Shown here piece after piece: positions 38,791 to 47,884 of a DNA stretch of 64,000 bases (positions are counted from its first letter, which is position 1; every line of letters begins with the position of its first letter). A program made the translations under genes and the position numbers. The stretch is from Planctomycetota bacterium (lineage in GTDB: Bacteria > Planctomycetota > Phycisphaerae > WQYP01), in assembly GCA_021800165.1 (NCBI GenBank), contig JAJYZF010000010.1:2194-66193 (forward strand), in the 5' to 3' direction. Below the pieces are notes generated by a model, which did no database searches, had not been told where the DNA came from, and saw nothing but the letters and a program-made list of their open reading frames with translations.

Positions 38791-39161
38791 CCAAAAGCTC
38801 CTGTAAATGCTGTTCCGTTGTGCCTCCCGCACCAAGGTATTGTATCCCCGGACGCGACCAAGCCGCAACCCAGCACTTTTTCGCCCACCCACCGCCCCGC
38901 ACGCCGTAGCCGGCCCAGCGCCACAGCGCGTAAATCTTGCTTATCGCCTCGCGATCGTTGGTCTCATGCCGCACGGGTGGAATGTAACTATGGACAGACC
39001 GCTATGGCCTGTGGCTGGGCGAGACACCGCGCCCTTGCGGGTCAGGCTGGGGTATCTTTGGGGGGGCTTTCGGCTGGGCAGTGGCCACAGAGGTGGCCCA
39101 ACGAGCCTTTTCGGATGGGTGTATGGCACCCCAGAGCAGTCGCGTTACACCATTTTACCCA

Positions 39162-40220
39162 TTACCGGCCATAAGGGGATATGTTGACGTTGCCGAACTC
39201 TGAGACGTTTACCGCTTCCGCATGGCCATCACAGAACGATACATTGATGTGGTCGCCATGGCGGTCCATGGTATTTTGCGGTTGCTGGGGGCTGGCGTTG
39301 ATATTGGAGGGCATCAGATTCCCGGCAATGGGAATGCGATCGCGCAGCCACGGCGTCAGGGCGACACCTTCCAGGGTATTGATGGTATTGGTGGGAAAGC
39401 TGCCGGGAATGCCGGCGTACACGTCATAGTTGGTGGTGTAATACAGGCCGTCGTTATAATTCAGCGCTGCTCCAGGTACGGCTTCCGGCTGCGTGGGCCG
39501 GGTACCGCAGTCGGCGAAAAGCAACGTGGTGCTGGGCGATAGAACCCGCGCGAGCCTGCACCCCAGCGGCTGACCTCCGCCGACACCAGCCGGGCCATTG
39601 GCCACGTCCATGGTGGAGCCTTGGTTGAAGTCGTTGCCGTTTTTGGGATCAACAATGGAGCAGATATCCGCATTGACGCCGTAGGATACGGGGTAGTAGC
39701 TGAACGTTCCATCTCCGGGGTTTCCGGGGGGCGTGGACGACGGGTTGAGGACATTGTTAATGAGTGCGTAGCCCGGCCACGTGTCGTTTAAGGTGGGGTC
39801 ACTGGGGCACAAAAACACCTTGGGGTAGGTTCCGGGGGCGTAGTAACTACCGGGATTACCGCTGGTGGCCATACCTACGAAGTTCTGGTTGCCGCTACCA
39901 CCCATGTAAGGGATTAACGCGCTGGCCCAATCCAGAAGATCCGTTCCCGACGAGGTTGAGCGATAAGCGAAAAGCTGGTGGCTGGGATCTACGTAGGCTG
40001 TAACGACATTGGTGTCGGTATCCGGCTGAAAAAGGCCCTGATGGTCTTGGGTGAATTCGATGGCACCCAGAGCCATTTGCCGAACGTTGGAAAGGCACAG
40101 GACCGAATCCGCCTCCTGCCGGGCCGCCGCCAAAGCGGGCAGCAATAGCGCGATGAGAATGGCGATGATGGAAATCACCACCAATAACTCAATAAGCGTA
40201 AAGCCGCTCTTCGCATGCAT
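39162..40220 (-). CDS. Prepilin-type N-terminal cleavage/methylation domain protein of the DUF1559 (H-X9-DG) type.
   Basis: N-terminus [28 protein letters not shown]-terminus ...[17 protein letters not shown] is the H-x9-DG end typical of the Planctomycete DUF1559 family. Confidence 0.8.
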   Translation of the reverse strand: MHAKSGFTLIELLVVISIIAILIALLLPALAAARQEADSVLCLSNVRQMALGAIEFTQDHQGLFQPDTDTNVVTAYVDPSHQLFAYRSTSSGTDLLDWASALIPYMGGSGNQNFVGMATSGNPGSYYAPGTYPKVFLCPSDPTLNDTWPGYALINNVLNPSSTPPGNPGDGTFSYYPVSYGVNADICSIVDPKNGNDFNQGSTMDVANGPAGVGGGQPLGCRLARVLSPSTTLLFADCGTRPTQPEAVPGAALNYNDGLYYTTNYDVYAGIPGSFPTNTINTLEGVALTPWLRDRIPIAGNLMPSNINASPQQPQNTMDRHGDHINVSFCDGHAEAVNVSEFGNVNISPYGR

Positions 40221-40325
40221 CCGTGAATCTCTGCCCAAGGGTGAGATCCGACCCGAAGAACAATGGCTGGTAATCATGATCAAGACTCCTTGAAAGAGCA
40301 GACCTAAGCCGGAGCGACAAACTCA

Positions 40326-40353
40326 GTTTAACCGGTTAAACTGGTTTGTCAAG
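40326..40353 (-). promoter_or_regulatory. Promoter CTTGACA-N16-TAAACT with an embedded perfect 16-bp palindrome GTTTAACCGGTTAAAC (LacI-type operator candidate).
   Basis: Read on the minus strand: gcttgacaaaccaGTTTAACCGGTTAAACtgag. The palindrome has a central CG and spans the -10 box. Near-identical copies lie at 45645-45673 and 45896-45924. Confidence 0.6.
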
Positions 40354-40450
40354 CACTGCCAAGTCTTAGTTTCCATCTTGTACACTCCAAGTCCTTTCCA
40401 AGGCGAAAGTGCCATTTATTTCATCCGTTGGCGACGATATGCGCCGCCAT

Positions 40451-43400
40451 TTAACGCCACTGCCCCGCCCCTCGGCGGCGCTTGAGCAGCAGTGGTAATC
40501 CGCCAAGCAACAGCCACGCGGCCGACGGCTCTGGTGTTGGCGTGGTCTGTGCTGAGAGCAACTTGTCGGTGGAGAAGGTCAGCATTGCCGCGGACGAGAT
40601 ACCGCTGCCGAAATATTGATCGTAGAGGGCCTGATACGCCGCCATGGTGGCGCTATTTGCACCAACTTGCTGGAGCTTCTGGCCGAAAGGAATGAGATCC
40701 TGCGGCGTAATAACCCCCGTGCCCAGAAAATCCGCCGCCGGATTAAATTCCGTGTTGTTGCTGGCGAGCAACTGGGCCATGGTTTGAACATCAGCCACAT
40801 TGTATTGGCCGTCGAAATTCAAATCACCCAGCCCCGCACCAAAAATGGTGGAGGTATACAGACCGGCAAACCGTTGGATGTTGTAGGTGCCATCCGGCTT
40901 GAATGTCACGACGGTGGCGACATGGTTGCCGCTGGTAAGGCCGTTGGCATTGATGGTCCACAAATTGGTGTCCATCTGGTTGGCCTGCGTGGAACTGTTG
41001 AGCAGGGAGAGAATCTGACTGGCGGTATCCGCGGCGGGCAGATCAAAGAGTACGTTGATGTTGTTAGCCAGGCCGTCCACATTTTCCACCGTCAGGGTGC
41101 GGTTTTGGTTGATACCGGGCACAGTGGCGTTAAAGCTCATAATGGCCGATACCGACGGGGCGGTATCCACATAAATGGTTTGGGTCCAGTCGGTGTACAC
41201 GGGTGGAGCGCCAGGCGTATGGCGTGTGCGGAAAGCGATCACGGTGAGGTAATGATAACCTTGCGAGAGATCACTGGTATTGATGGTTTCGGTATAAAGG
41301 CCGGTACCCGGCGCGGTTCCATTTTGCGGGGCCAACGGACTGCCGGTTTGAAAGGGGAGGAAACCGTAGGCGATGGTGTTTGGCTCAGTGCTGACAAACT
41401 GCTGGCCATTGACCAGTGTGCCACCGTCTATTTTGAAAATGGCGCTGTCGCCGCCGGCGTTGTAGTCAAATAAATTCTGCTGACCCAGCAGATAGACTTT
41501 TTGGGTTTGCAGTTGAATCTGAAATTGCGGACCTTTAACAACCGCCACGTTGCTGATGACATCCTGCCCATTGGCTTGGGGCAAGTTGGGCGTGCTGGTG
41601 GTGGGGGTGGTACCCGCGATTTGGCCGGCGACATTCGTAATCGTCAGCGTGCCCTCAGGTGTCGCCGGGCCGTAGATCAGGTCGCCGCCGCCGGTGCTGT
41701 TGTTGTAGCCGTTGTTGGGGAAGGTGACGTTGACCACGCCGTTGGAATAAACCTGCAGTACCTGCGGCAGGCCCTGGGCCGCGGCGTTGCCGGTAAGCTC
41801 CACCAGGTAGGGTACGTTGTAGGAGTTGAAATTCGTCTGAATGCTGGCCGTGCCGGAGATACCGCCGGTTTGGTTGTTCAGCAGCACCAGGGCGGAATCA
41901 TTGCGTTCAAACGCCAAGTTATTTTGAGTGATATAGCGTTGGATGTAGCCGCCGCTGGAATAACGGTTGCGGATGTCCACCAGGCCGCTGATCTCGTTGG
42001 TGTGGGTAACGCTCATGGTTTGAGTGGGGGCATTATACGTGCTTATGGAATTATTGGCCATGGTGTTGCCGTACACGCCGCCCAGTGCGTCGCCGCGGCC
42101 ATTTTGCGGGAAGGTCTGGTTGCCGGTGTCATAAGGGGTGAGGTTGCCGTTGTAATAGACCAAGGCTTGGCCGGGCATCATCAGGGTATAAGCGGCGGCC
42201 ACATTGGCCAGATAAGGGGCACCGTTGTCCTGGCTTTGCACGAATCGCACGCCGGTGTTACCTGTATGGTTGGGGTCCAGCCCGTCGCTGACGTTGTACC
42301 AACTGTTGGTAAACCCGTTGCCGGTGAGGTTTTGTTGCAGGGAGAAAAACAAAGGAAAGTCCAGAGCGTCCAGGTTGGGCTGCACGGTGCCGATGTTGCC
42401 GGCGGGAGCGCCGTCCGGGTTCATGGGACTTTTCTGGATCACCGGAAAAACGTTGGCGGGATTGCCGTCATAATATTCCTGGAACGAAAAAATGGTTTCC
42501 TGCACGCCATTGAGGTAGGTCCGCGGCGAGGCCCGGTAAACGGCCTGATTGAAATAAGGCAGGGCGGTTTGCCATTCCATATTTTTGGTAGCATCAAGCC
42601 GGAAGCCATCAACCCCCAGCGTTTGCACAAACCACTGAATATTGCGCATCTCGTAGCCGGTGACATTTTCCGCGGTGGGCGAACCAGCCATCGGATTGGA
42701 AGGCGTAAAGGAATTGACCTGAATATTGCCCTGGCCGGTTTGCGGGTTGTAAATAAAAATCGGTTGGCTGTTGGGGTTGGGGTAAAACTGCTGGTTCACC
42801 GGCATGGGCACATTGGCCAGGCGGCCAAAGGCCGGGGTGGTTCCGCCGGGGATGTTGGCGGGATCGCCCGCGGTGGTGGGGCTGCGGATATATTGATAAT
42901 CGGTGTTGAAATTCACATTGACAAGGCCGGCCAGCCGGGCTTCTTCCACATTCTGGGCATACGCGCCGTTAAAATCGCCGTCTATATTGGCCGGCGCGCC
43001 GGGGTTCAGATAGGAATTGCCCGGATAAGAGGTGACAAAACCCGGGTATCCTCCGGCGTTGACAAACGAATTGCCGTTGCCATCGACCGAGGCGGAATTG
43101 GAAAAGCCATTGTGGCCCATGGAATAATCGACGTAAATATATCCACCCATTTCGTGGGTGGCGGCAATAAGCTGCTCATATCCGGAAAGCGTGCCGTAGG
43201 CGGTTGGGTCACCGGGGCTGCCCAAGTCGAAACGGTTATAAATGTCATAGCCCACCGAACCGTTGCCGCTGTCCGCCCGGGTGGGAGGCGGGGTGAGAAT
43301 AGCCCCGTAACCGGCCCCGAAAATATCGGGCATGCGGGCGGTAAGCGCGGTCCAGGGCATACCGAAGGCATCGAGAATGGTCGGCGGTGAATACGGCGTT

Positions 43401-43543
43401 CCGAAAACCTGCGCGGCGGCGGGGCGGCACAGGCTGATGACCGCGGCACCCGCTATCCCGCAGGCCACCACGCGGCAGGCCCGCAGAATCAGGTTTCGGC
43501 GTTGCCGGGTGGAGCCAGAAAAGTTTTTTTTCCTCGGTTCCAT
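40451..43543 (-). CDS. Secreted GH13 (alpha-amylase family) enzyme with a C-terminal PEP-CTERM sorting signal.
   Basis: GH13 regions I, II and IV are present: YIYVDYSMGHNGF, GVDGFRLDATKNM, FVQSQDNG. N-terminal signal peptide. C-terminus TPTPEPSAAWLLLGGLPLLLKRRRG is a PEP-CTERM tail. Confidence 0.75.
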   Translation of the reverse strand: MEPRKKNFSGSTRQRRNLILRACRVVACGIAGAAVISLCRPAAAQVFGTPYSPPTILDAFGMPWTALTARMPDIFGAGYGAILTPPPTRADSGNGSVGYDIYNRFDLGSPGDPTAYGTLSGYEQLIAATHEMGGYIYVDYSMGHNGFSNSASVDGNGNSFVNAGGYPGFVTSYPGNSYLNPGAPANIDGDFNGAYAQNVEEARLAGLVNVNFNTDYQYIRSPTTAGDPANIPGGTTPAFGRLANVPMPVNQQFYPNPNSQPIFIYNPQTGQGNIQVNSFTPSNPMAGSPTAENVTGYEMRNIQWFVQTLGVDGFRLDATKNMEWQTALPYFNQAVYRASPRTYLNGVQETIFSFQEYYDGNPANVFPVIQKSPMNPDGAPAGNIGTVQPNLDALDFPLFFSLQQNLTGNGFTNSWYNVSDGLDPNHTGNTGVRFVQSQDNGAPYLANVAAAYTLMMPGQALVYYNGNLTPYDTGNQTFPQNGRGDALGGVYGNTMANNSISTYNAPTQTMSVTHTNEISGLVDIRNRYSSGGYIQRYITQNNLAFERNDSALVLLNNQTGGISGTASIQTNFNSYNVPYLVELTGNAAAQGLPQVLQVYSNGVVNVTFPNNGYNNSTGGGDLIYGPATPEGTLTITNVAGQIAGTTPTTSTPNLPQANGQDVISNVAVVKGPQFQIQLQTQKVYLLGQQNLFDYNAGGDSAIFKIDGGTLVNGQQFVSTEPNTIAYGFLPFQTGSPLAPQNGTAPGTGLYTETINTSDLSQGYHYLTVIAFRTRHTPGAPPVYTDWTQTIYVDTAPSVSAIMSFNATVPGINQNRTLTVENVDGLANNINVLFDLPAADTASQILSLLNSSTQANQMDTNLWTINANGLTSGNHVATVVTFKPDGTYNIQRFAGLYTSTIFGAGLGDLNFDGQYNVADVQTMAQLLASNNTEFNPAADFLGTGVITPQDLIPFGQKLQQVGANSATMAAYQALYDQYFGSGISSAAMLTFSTDKLLSAQTTPTPEPSAAWLLLGGLPLLLKRRRGAGQWR

Positions 43544-43608
43544 GGTGTTATTCCTTTTTAGCTCAGGGCCTCGGCCAGATTATTTTGCCGACGCGCTGGC
43601 GCTGAAGT

Positions 43609-44598
43609 TTACACGTCTTGAATACTGCTGCGGTCGATTGGCGCCGCCCGGGCTGCCGATCTGCGCCGCGGTATCAGGGCCAAGAGCAGCAGTGAACTTA
43701 AAAGCAGCGCGGCCGGAGCGGGTTCCGGTGTGGCGGTCACTTCCAGATTATTAAAATAGGCATACTGGGAGGCCAGCCCCAAGTTGTCGTTGTATAAAAA
43801 CATCTGGTTTACGGGCAAATCGGTCAGGGTGAGATTGTTAAATGTTTCCGCCGCCGACGGGTCCGCCAAAGGTGTAATGGTGAGATTAAAAGATGTTGAT
43901 GACTCGAGTGTAAAGGCCACCGTGATGCCATTGCCGTTGTTGGGCGTGGCAACGCCGGTGTGCGCGGAGGCAATTCCGGTAAGCTCCGAATGGGCAAACC
44001 CGGTGGTGGGCGAGGTGTAACCGCCGTAACTGATGGCGTAATAATTGCCCGAACCCGCGGCGGCTATCTGAAATAAAGGCGTGCCGTAGGTGGTGGTGGA
44101 GTTGTAGTTTTGAATCTGAAAACCTTCCTGGCCGGGATTGCTCATGTAGCCTGTGGCCATGCTTAGTTGCAGGGTCTGGCCGACTTGCAACGGATTATTG
44201 AGATCACGGTAGGCACCGGGGGCGGCTGGATCGCTGCTGGTGCCGTTGTCGGCCCCCATACTCCAGGATACGCCATTAGTATCAATATTCGGCGTAGCGT
44301 AAGTGCCAAAAACTGTTGATGCGGTTGCGGTGGTAAACCCCCACGTGGCCGTTTGGTCCACGCCTGAACCACTCGGCCCCTGAAACCATTGGCTAAATCC
44401 GGTGCCGCCATTGCTGGTGCCGGACCACGTGCCGCCCGAATAAGCGGAATTGGCGGCGTTATCAGAGGCCAGGATCACAGCACGTACCGCCGCACTGTGA
44501 CCCATGGCCCAGCCGATCATGCCCGCGACAGCCGCACTCGCTACCCGGCGGGCACGCGGCGAACGTGAATCAAAAAAGCTTTTCAAAACGGTGCTCAT
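43609..44598 (-). CDS. PEP-CTERM domain protein (secreted, hypothetical).
   Basis: Signal peptide present. C-terminus reads ...TATPEPAPAALLLSSLLLLALIPRRR. Paralogous to the next gene (ASDNAANSAYSGG.../GGTGFSQW). Confidence 0.65.
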   Translation of the reverse strand: MSTVLKSFFDSRSPRARRVASAAVAGMIGWAMGHSAAVRAVILASDNAANSAYSGGTWSGTSNGGTGFSQWFQGPSGSGVDQTATWGFTTATASTVFGTYATPNIDTNGVSWSMGADNGTSSDPAAPGAYRDLNNPLQVGQTLQLSMATGYMSNPGQEGFQIQNYNSTTTYGTPLFQIAAAGSGNYYAISYGGYTSPTTGFAHSELTGIASAHTGVATPNNGNGITVAFTLESSTSFNLTITPLADPSAAETFNNLTLTDLPVNQMFLYNDNLGLASQYAYFNNLEVTATPEPAPAALLLSSLLLLALIPRRRSAARAAPIDRSSIQDV

Positions 44599-44681
44599 AA
44601 TTGCATCTCCAAAACTCCGTAGAAGCGTTGCCGGGGTCTGAACCGCCGACCCCGGCAACGCACTTCTACCACTAAAAACAT

Positions 44682-45572
44682 TTAGGCCGTCTTACGACGT
44701 CCCACCAGTAACAAGGCTAATCCGCCAATAGCCATCAGACCCAGCGATGCGGGCTCGGGAACCGCGCTGATGGAGAGGCTGTTGAAGTAGCCGTTACCCG
44801 AGGTGTTTTGATCAAACAACTCAATCTGATTTAGCTGACCGCCCGGCAGCGTGCCGTTGGTAATCACGCTTACCGTGGTGCCGCCCACCGGCGTTACGGA
44901 AAGATCATAGGTGGAGGCGGTAACCAGCGTGAAATCCACAGTCATGCCTTTGCCGATGTAGCTGCTAAACCCCAAACTGACCGGCGACTCGTATTCCTTA
45001 CCGCTGTTGCTGCCGTCAATGATGCTCATATTGTCGTAGCCAGCGGTGGCGTCGTATTCGAAGGTGAACTGGTCGATGGGGGCGCTGGATTGCAGCGAAA
45101 AACCGATAGAGGCACCCGTTTCCGGAGAGTTGCCACCGGCACCATCCGATTCCATAGCGATGCTCAATGTTTGGCCGGCATCCAGCTTGCCGCCGGAGAG
45201 ACCGCCAGCCGTCAGGAACGGCCGGGTGAGATCTACCGAGGGGATCACCGCAGGCGGCCCAGCCTGTGGGGTATTTGCATAGACGCCCCAACTGTTCTTG
45301 TTGGTGCTGATGGGCTTGCTGCTGGTATCAAGGTAGGTATCCACATACGGCGGATTGTTGCTGTTAGTAATGGTGACCTGCCACGGCCCAAAGCCGGTAC
45401 CGCCATTGGTGTTGCCAGTGGTGCCCACAGCTCCGGTGTAGCTACTGGCGTTGTCGGATGCGACCATCGCGGCGCTGGTGGACTGGGCAAAACAGCCTGC
45501 TGCCACCACTGCGGCGGTCAATCCCACAAGGATTGACAAAGATCGACGATTGGGAAGAACTTGAAGAACCAT
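44682..45572 (-). CDS. PEP-CTERM domain protein (secreted, hypothetical).
   Basis: Signal peptide present. C-terminus reads ...SAVPEPASLGLMAIGGLALLLVGRRKTA. Confidence 0.65.
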   Translation of the reverse strand: MVLQVLPNRRSLSILVGLTAAVVAAGCFAQSTSAAMVASDNASSYTGAVGTTGNTNGGTGFGPWQVTITNSNNPPYVDTYLDTSSKPISTNKNSWGVYANTPQAGPPAVIPSVDLTRPFLTAGGLSGGKLDAGQTLSIAMESDGAGGNSPETGASIGFSLQSSAPIDQFTFEYDATAGYDNMSIIDGSNSGKEYESPVSLGFSSYIGKGMTVDFTLVTASTYDLSVTPVGGTTVSVITNGTLPGGQLNQIELFDQNTSGNGYFNSLSISAVPEPASLGLMAIGGLALLLVGRRKTA

Positions 45573-45644
45573 GATAGAACCTCCTAAAAAGGAACACTAA
45601 AAAACCTAAACTATCAAAAACCCTTTGGTACCCATTGAACCCAA

Positions 45645-45673
45645 GTTTAACCGGTTAAACCACTCTTGTCAAG
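45645..45673 (-). promoter_or_regulatory. Promoter/operator copy 2 (CTTGACA-N17-TAAACT with GTTTAACCGGTTAAAC).
   Basis: Minus-strand read: cacttgacaagagtgGTTTAACCGGTTAAACtt. Lies 70 bp upstream of the PEP-CTERM gene start at 45572. Confidence 0.6.
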
Positions 45674-45895
45674 TGCTACTTCATCTGTCGCCCATATTGC
45701 GCCTCCATTTCGTTTTTTCTCTAGTACATCCGTTGCATACTCTAACCCGCCGGCACACGCCGACTAAAAGGCTTCCATTCATAATTGCGGCGACCACGCG
45801 CTTACCGCATACGTGCATCTGCAACAACGATTGAAGGAACGACTGCGCGCCATGATTTAAGGTCCATCAAAGGTTCATTCTGCCGCTGTTCATTA

Positions 45896-45924
45896 GTTTA
45901 ACCGATTAAACTACCTCTGTCAAG
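45896..45924 (-). promoter_or_regulatory. Promoter/operator copy 3 (one mismatch: GTTTAAtCGGTTAAAC).
   Basis: Minus-strand read: ggcttgacagaggtaGTTTAATCGGTTAAACtaatg. Lies about 250 bp upstream of copy 2 in the same orientation (tandem promoters). Confidence 0.5.
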
Positions 45925-46565
45925 CCCCGGCATTTTTTTTCTCCGATTCCTCACTAAGGGAGATACCATCCGTGGAGCTAAACTACATGTACCGGCGGGC
46001 AATTGGTCGGCAATACGCCGAAGCCCATTGTTGGCCGCAGCCATACTCAACTGGATACTCTAGCAAGTGGTTCTGCTTAAGTCAAACAAAATCTTTTAAA
46101 AAATTCCTCCCTTGGCGAGCCAACTTTTTTGTGATGGGCGGAACACCAAGTCAAGGCAATTGCCACGGTGTACCGGCTCATCCAGGTCGGCTGCGACCAA
46201 CTGCGCCACGCCCCAATTGCCCACCATGCTCCGCAAGCCGACCAGCCCATCGCCTAAGGCTCTATTATAGGAAAGCTGCCGCGTCATCGGCTTTGCCGTA
46301 CTCTTCAAGCCTGATTTAAGCACCAAAACGCCGGTTTTCGCGTTATCGGACGTTGCTTATGCTACGTCATCGTGGCTGTACACGGCTGAATCTCTCATGA
46401 ATCGCCAAAATAATGCCAATGGAATCGCTCACAACTACGCTTTAGAAGCGTTGCCCCAGCCCAGTTGGCTTTAAATTTCTTCTCTCGCTTGACACTGTTA
46501 AACGACATTGGTAAACTGTTTTAACAACGGCTGGAAAATCGAGCCTGATTTGGAGATAAAACGCC

Positions 46566-47717
46566 GTGCCGACCCGATCGCTGAATTCCTCTCCGGAAAG
46601 TGTACCTGCGGATGTTTTTGCGCCTAGTCGCGAGGCTTCCAAGGAAATAACCGTGCGTTTTAGTAACGCGGGGGGGGAGGAAAAGGCCCCGGAGAAAGTC
46701 AATATTCGCGAGGTGGCCCGGCAAGCGGGAGTATCCGTGGCTACGGTGTCGATGGTGCTCAATGCCAGCCCGCGCATCAGCCGGTCCACGCATATTAAAG
46801 TCCAGAGGATGATCGACAAAATGGGCTACCGGCCCAATCGGCTGGCCCAAAGTCTTTCCGGGAGGTACACCCAAGTGGTTGCCGTCATGCTGCCCCCGCT
46901 TAGGCACGCGTTTGCCGATGCGTACTTTGGGGAGATACTCAGTGGAATTGCGGATCGGGCGGGTAAGCTCGGGCATAAATTACTCATCGAGCAGGCCAAG
47001 CCACAGTTTGTCAAAGAGGGAAAGCATCTGGAATTGTATGAACGCCGATTTGTGGATGGCGTGCTTTGCCTGGGTTTTAATGAAAAACACAGTTTTTTGT
47101 CAGACTTCGCGGCGCGGCGCTATCCGATGATTCTGGTGGACAACCGCTTTGGCGATAACCTGCTGGATTATGTGCACTGTGATTATCGCCTTGGTGCCCA
47201 GCAGGCTATGAACTGTCTGCTGCAGCTTGGGCATCGCAACATCGGCATGGTTTACGCAGCGCCGGAAAGCCCCACCGCCCGGGATGTCGTGGAGACGTAT
47301 ACCGCCAGATTGGTGGAGGCGGGAATAAGCCCGTCGGAAAAATGGCTGGTGGATGGTTGTTTCACCGATGAGGGCGGGGCGGAAGCGGCACGCGTTCTGC
47401 TGACCCGCGATCCGGAAATCTCGGCACTGTTGTGCGGTAACGATAAAATGGCTCTGGGTGCCATCCGGTATCTGACCACCCATGGACACCGGGTGCCCGA
47501 TGATGTTTCGGTGGTCGGGTTTGATGATATTCAGCATCTGGCCTACGCCAACCCCAGCCTGACTACCGTCCATTTGCCGTTGTACGAACTGGGTGTTTTA
47601 GCCTGTGAAAAATTGGTGGAGCGTATTCGCGGCAAGGTGGAACATGTCGCGGAGGTGTTGCCCACCCACTTGGTGTTGCGGGAATCCACCGGCATGATGC
47701 GGACCCTGCGCAGTTAA
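46566..47717 (+). CDS. LacI-family transcriptional regulator.
   Basis: HTH VNIREVARQAGVSVATVSMVLN, followed by a periplasmic-binding-protein-like sugar-binding core (…VVAVMLPP…GFDDI…). Has its own CTTGACA-N17-TAAACT promoter at 46488-46517. The true start may be downstream of 46566. Confidence 0.85.
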   Translation: MPTRSLNSSPESVPADVFAPSREASKEITVRFSNAGGEEKAPEKVNIREVARQAGVSVATVSMVLNASPRISRSTHIKVQRMIDKMGYRPNRLAQSLSGRYTQVVAVMLPPLRHAFADAYFGEILSGIADRAGKLGHKLLIEQAKPQFVKEGKHLELYERRFVDGVLCLGFNEKHSFLSDFAARRYPMILVDNRFGDNLLDYVHCDYRLGAQQAMNCLLQLGHRNIGMVYAAPESPTARDVVETYTARLVEAGISPSEKWLVDGCFTDEGGAEAARVLLTRDPEISALLCGNDKMALGAIRYLTTHGHRVPDDVSVVGFDDIQHLAYANPSLTTVHLPLYELGVLACEKLVERIRGKVEHVAEVLPTHLVLRESTGMMRTLRS

Positions 47718-47884
47718 TCCAGCCGGCTTAAGCGATGACGCGGACGGGCCAGCGCCGGGCGGGCTGCGGAATAATTTCTGATTGCCCGTGCCGAAATAGG
47801 TTACCGGCGTGTATACCCCGGATGACGCATAAGCACAAAGGGTTACGTTTGGCAACCGAATCAATCATTGGAAGGGTTTTCCGA

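Noticed and set aside
45972-46319. 115-aa ORF in the intergenic region upstream of the LacI-family gene.
   Set aside because: No RBS, no domain signal. It lies in the promoter-bearing intergenic region and is likely non-coding.
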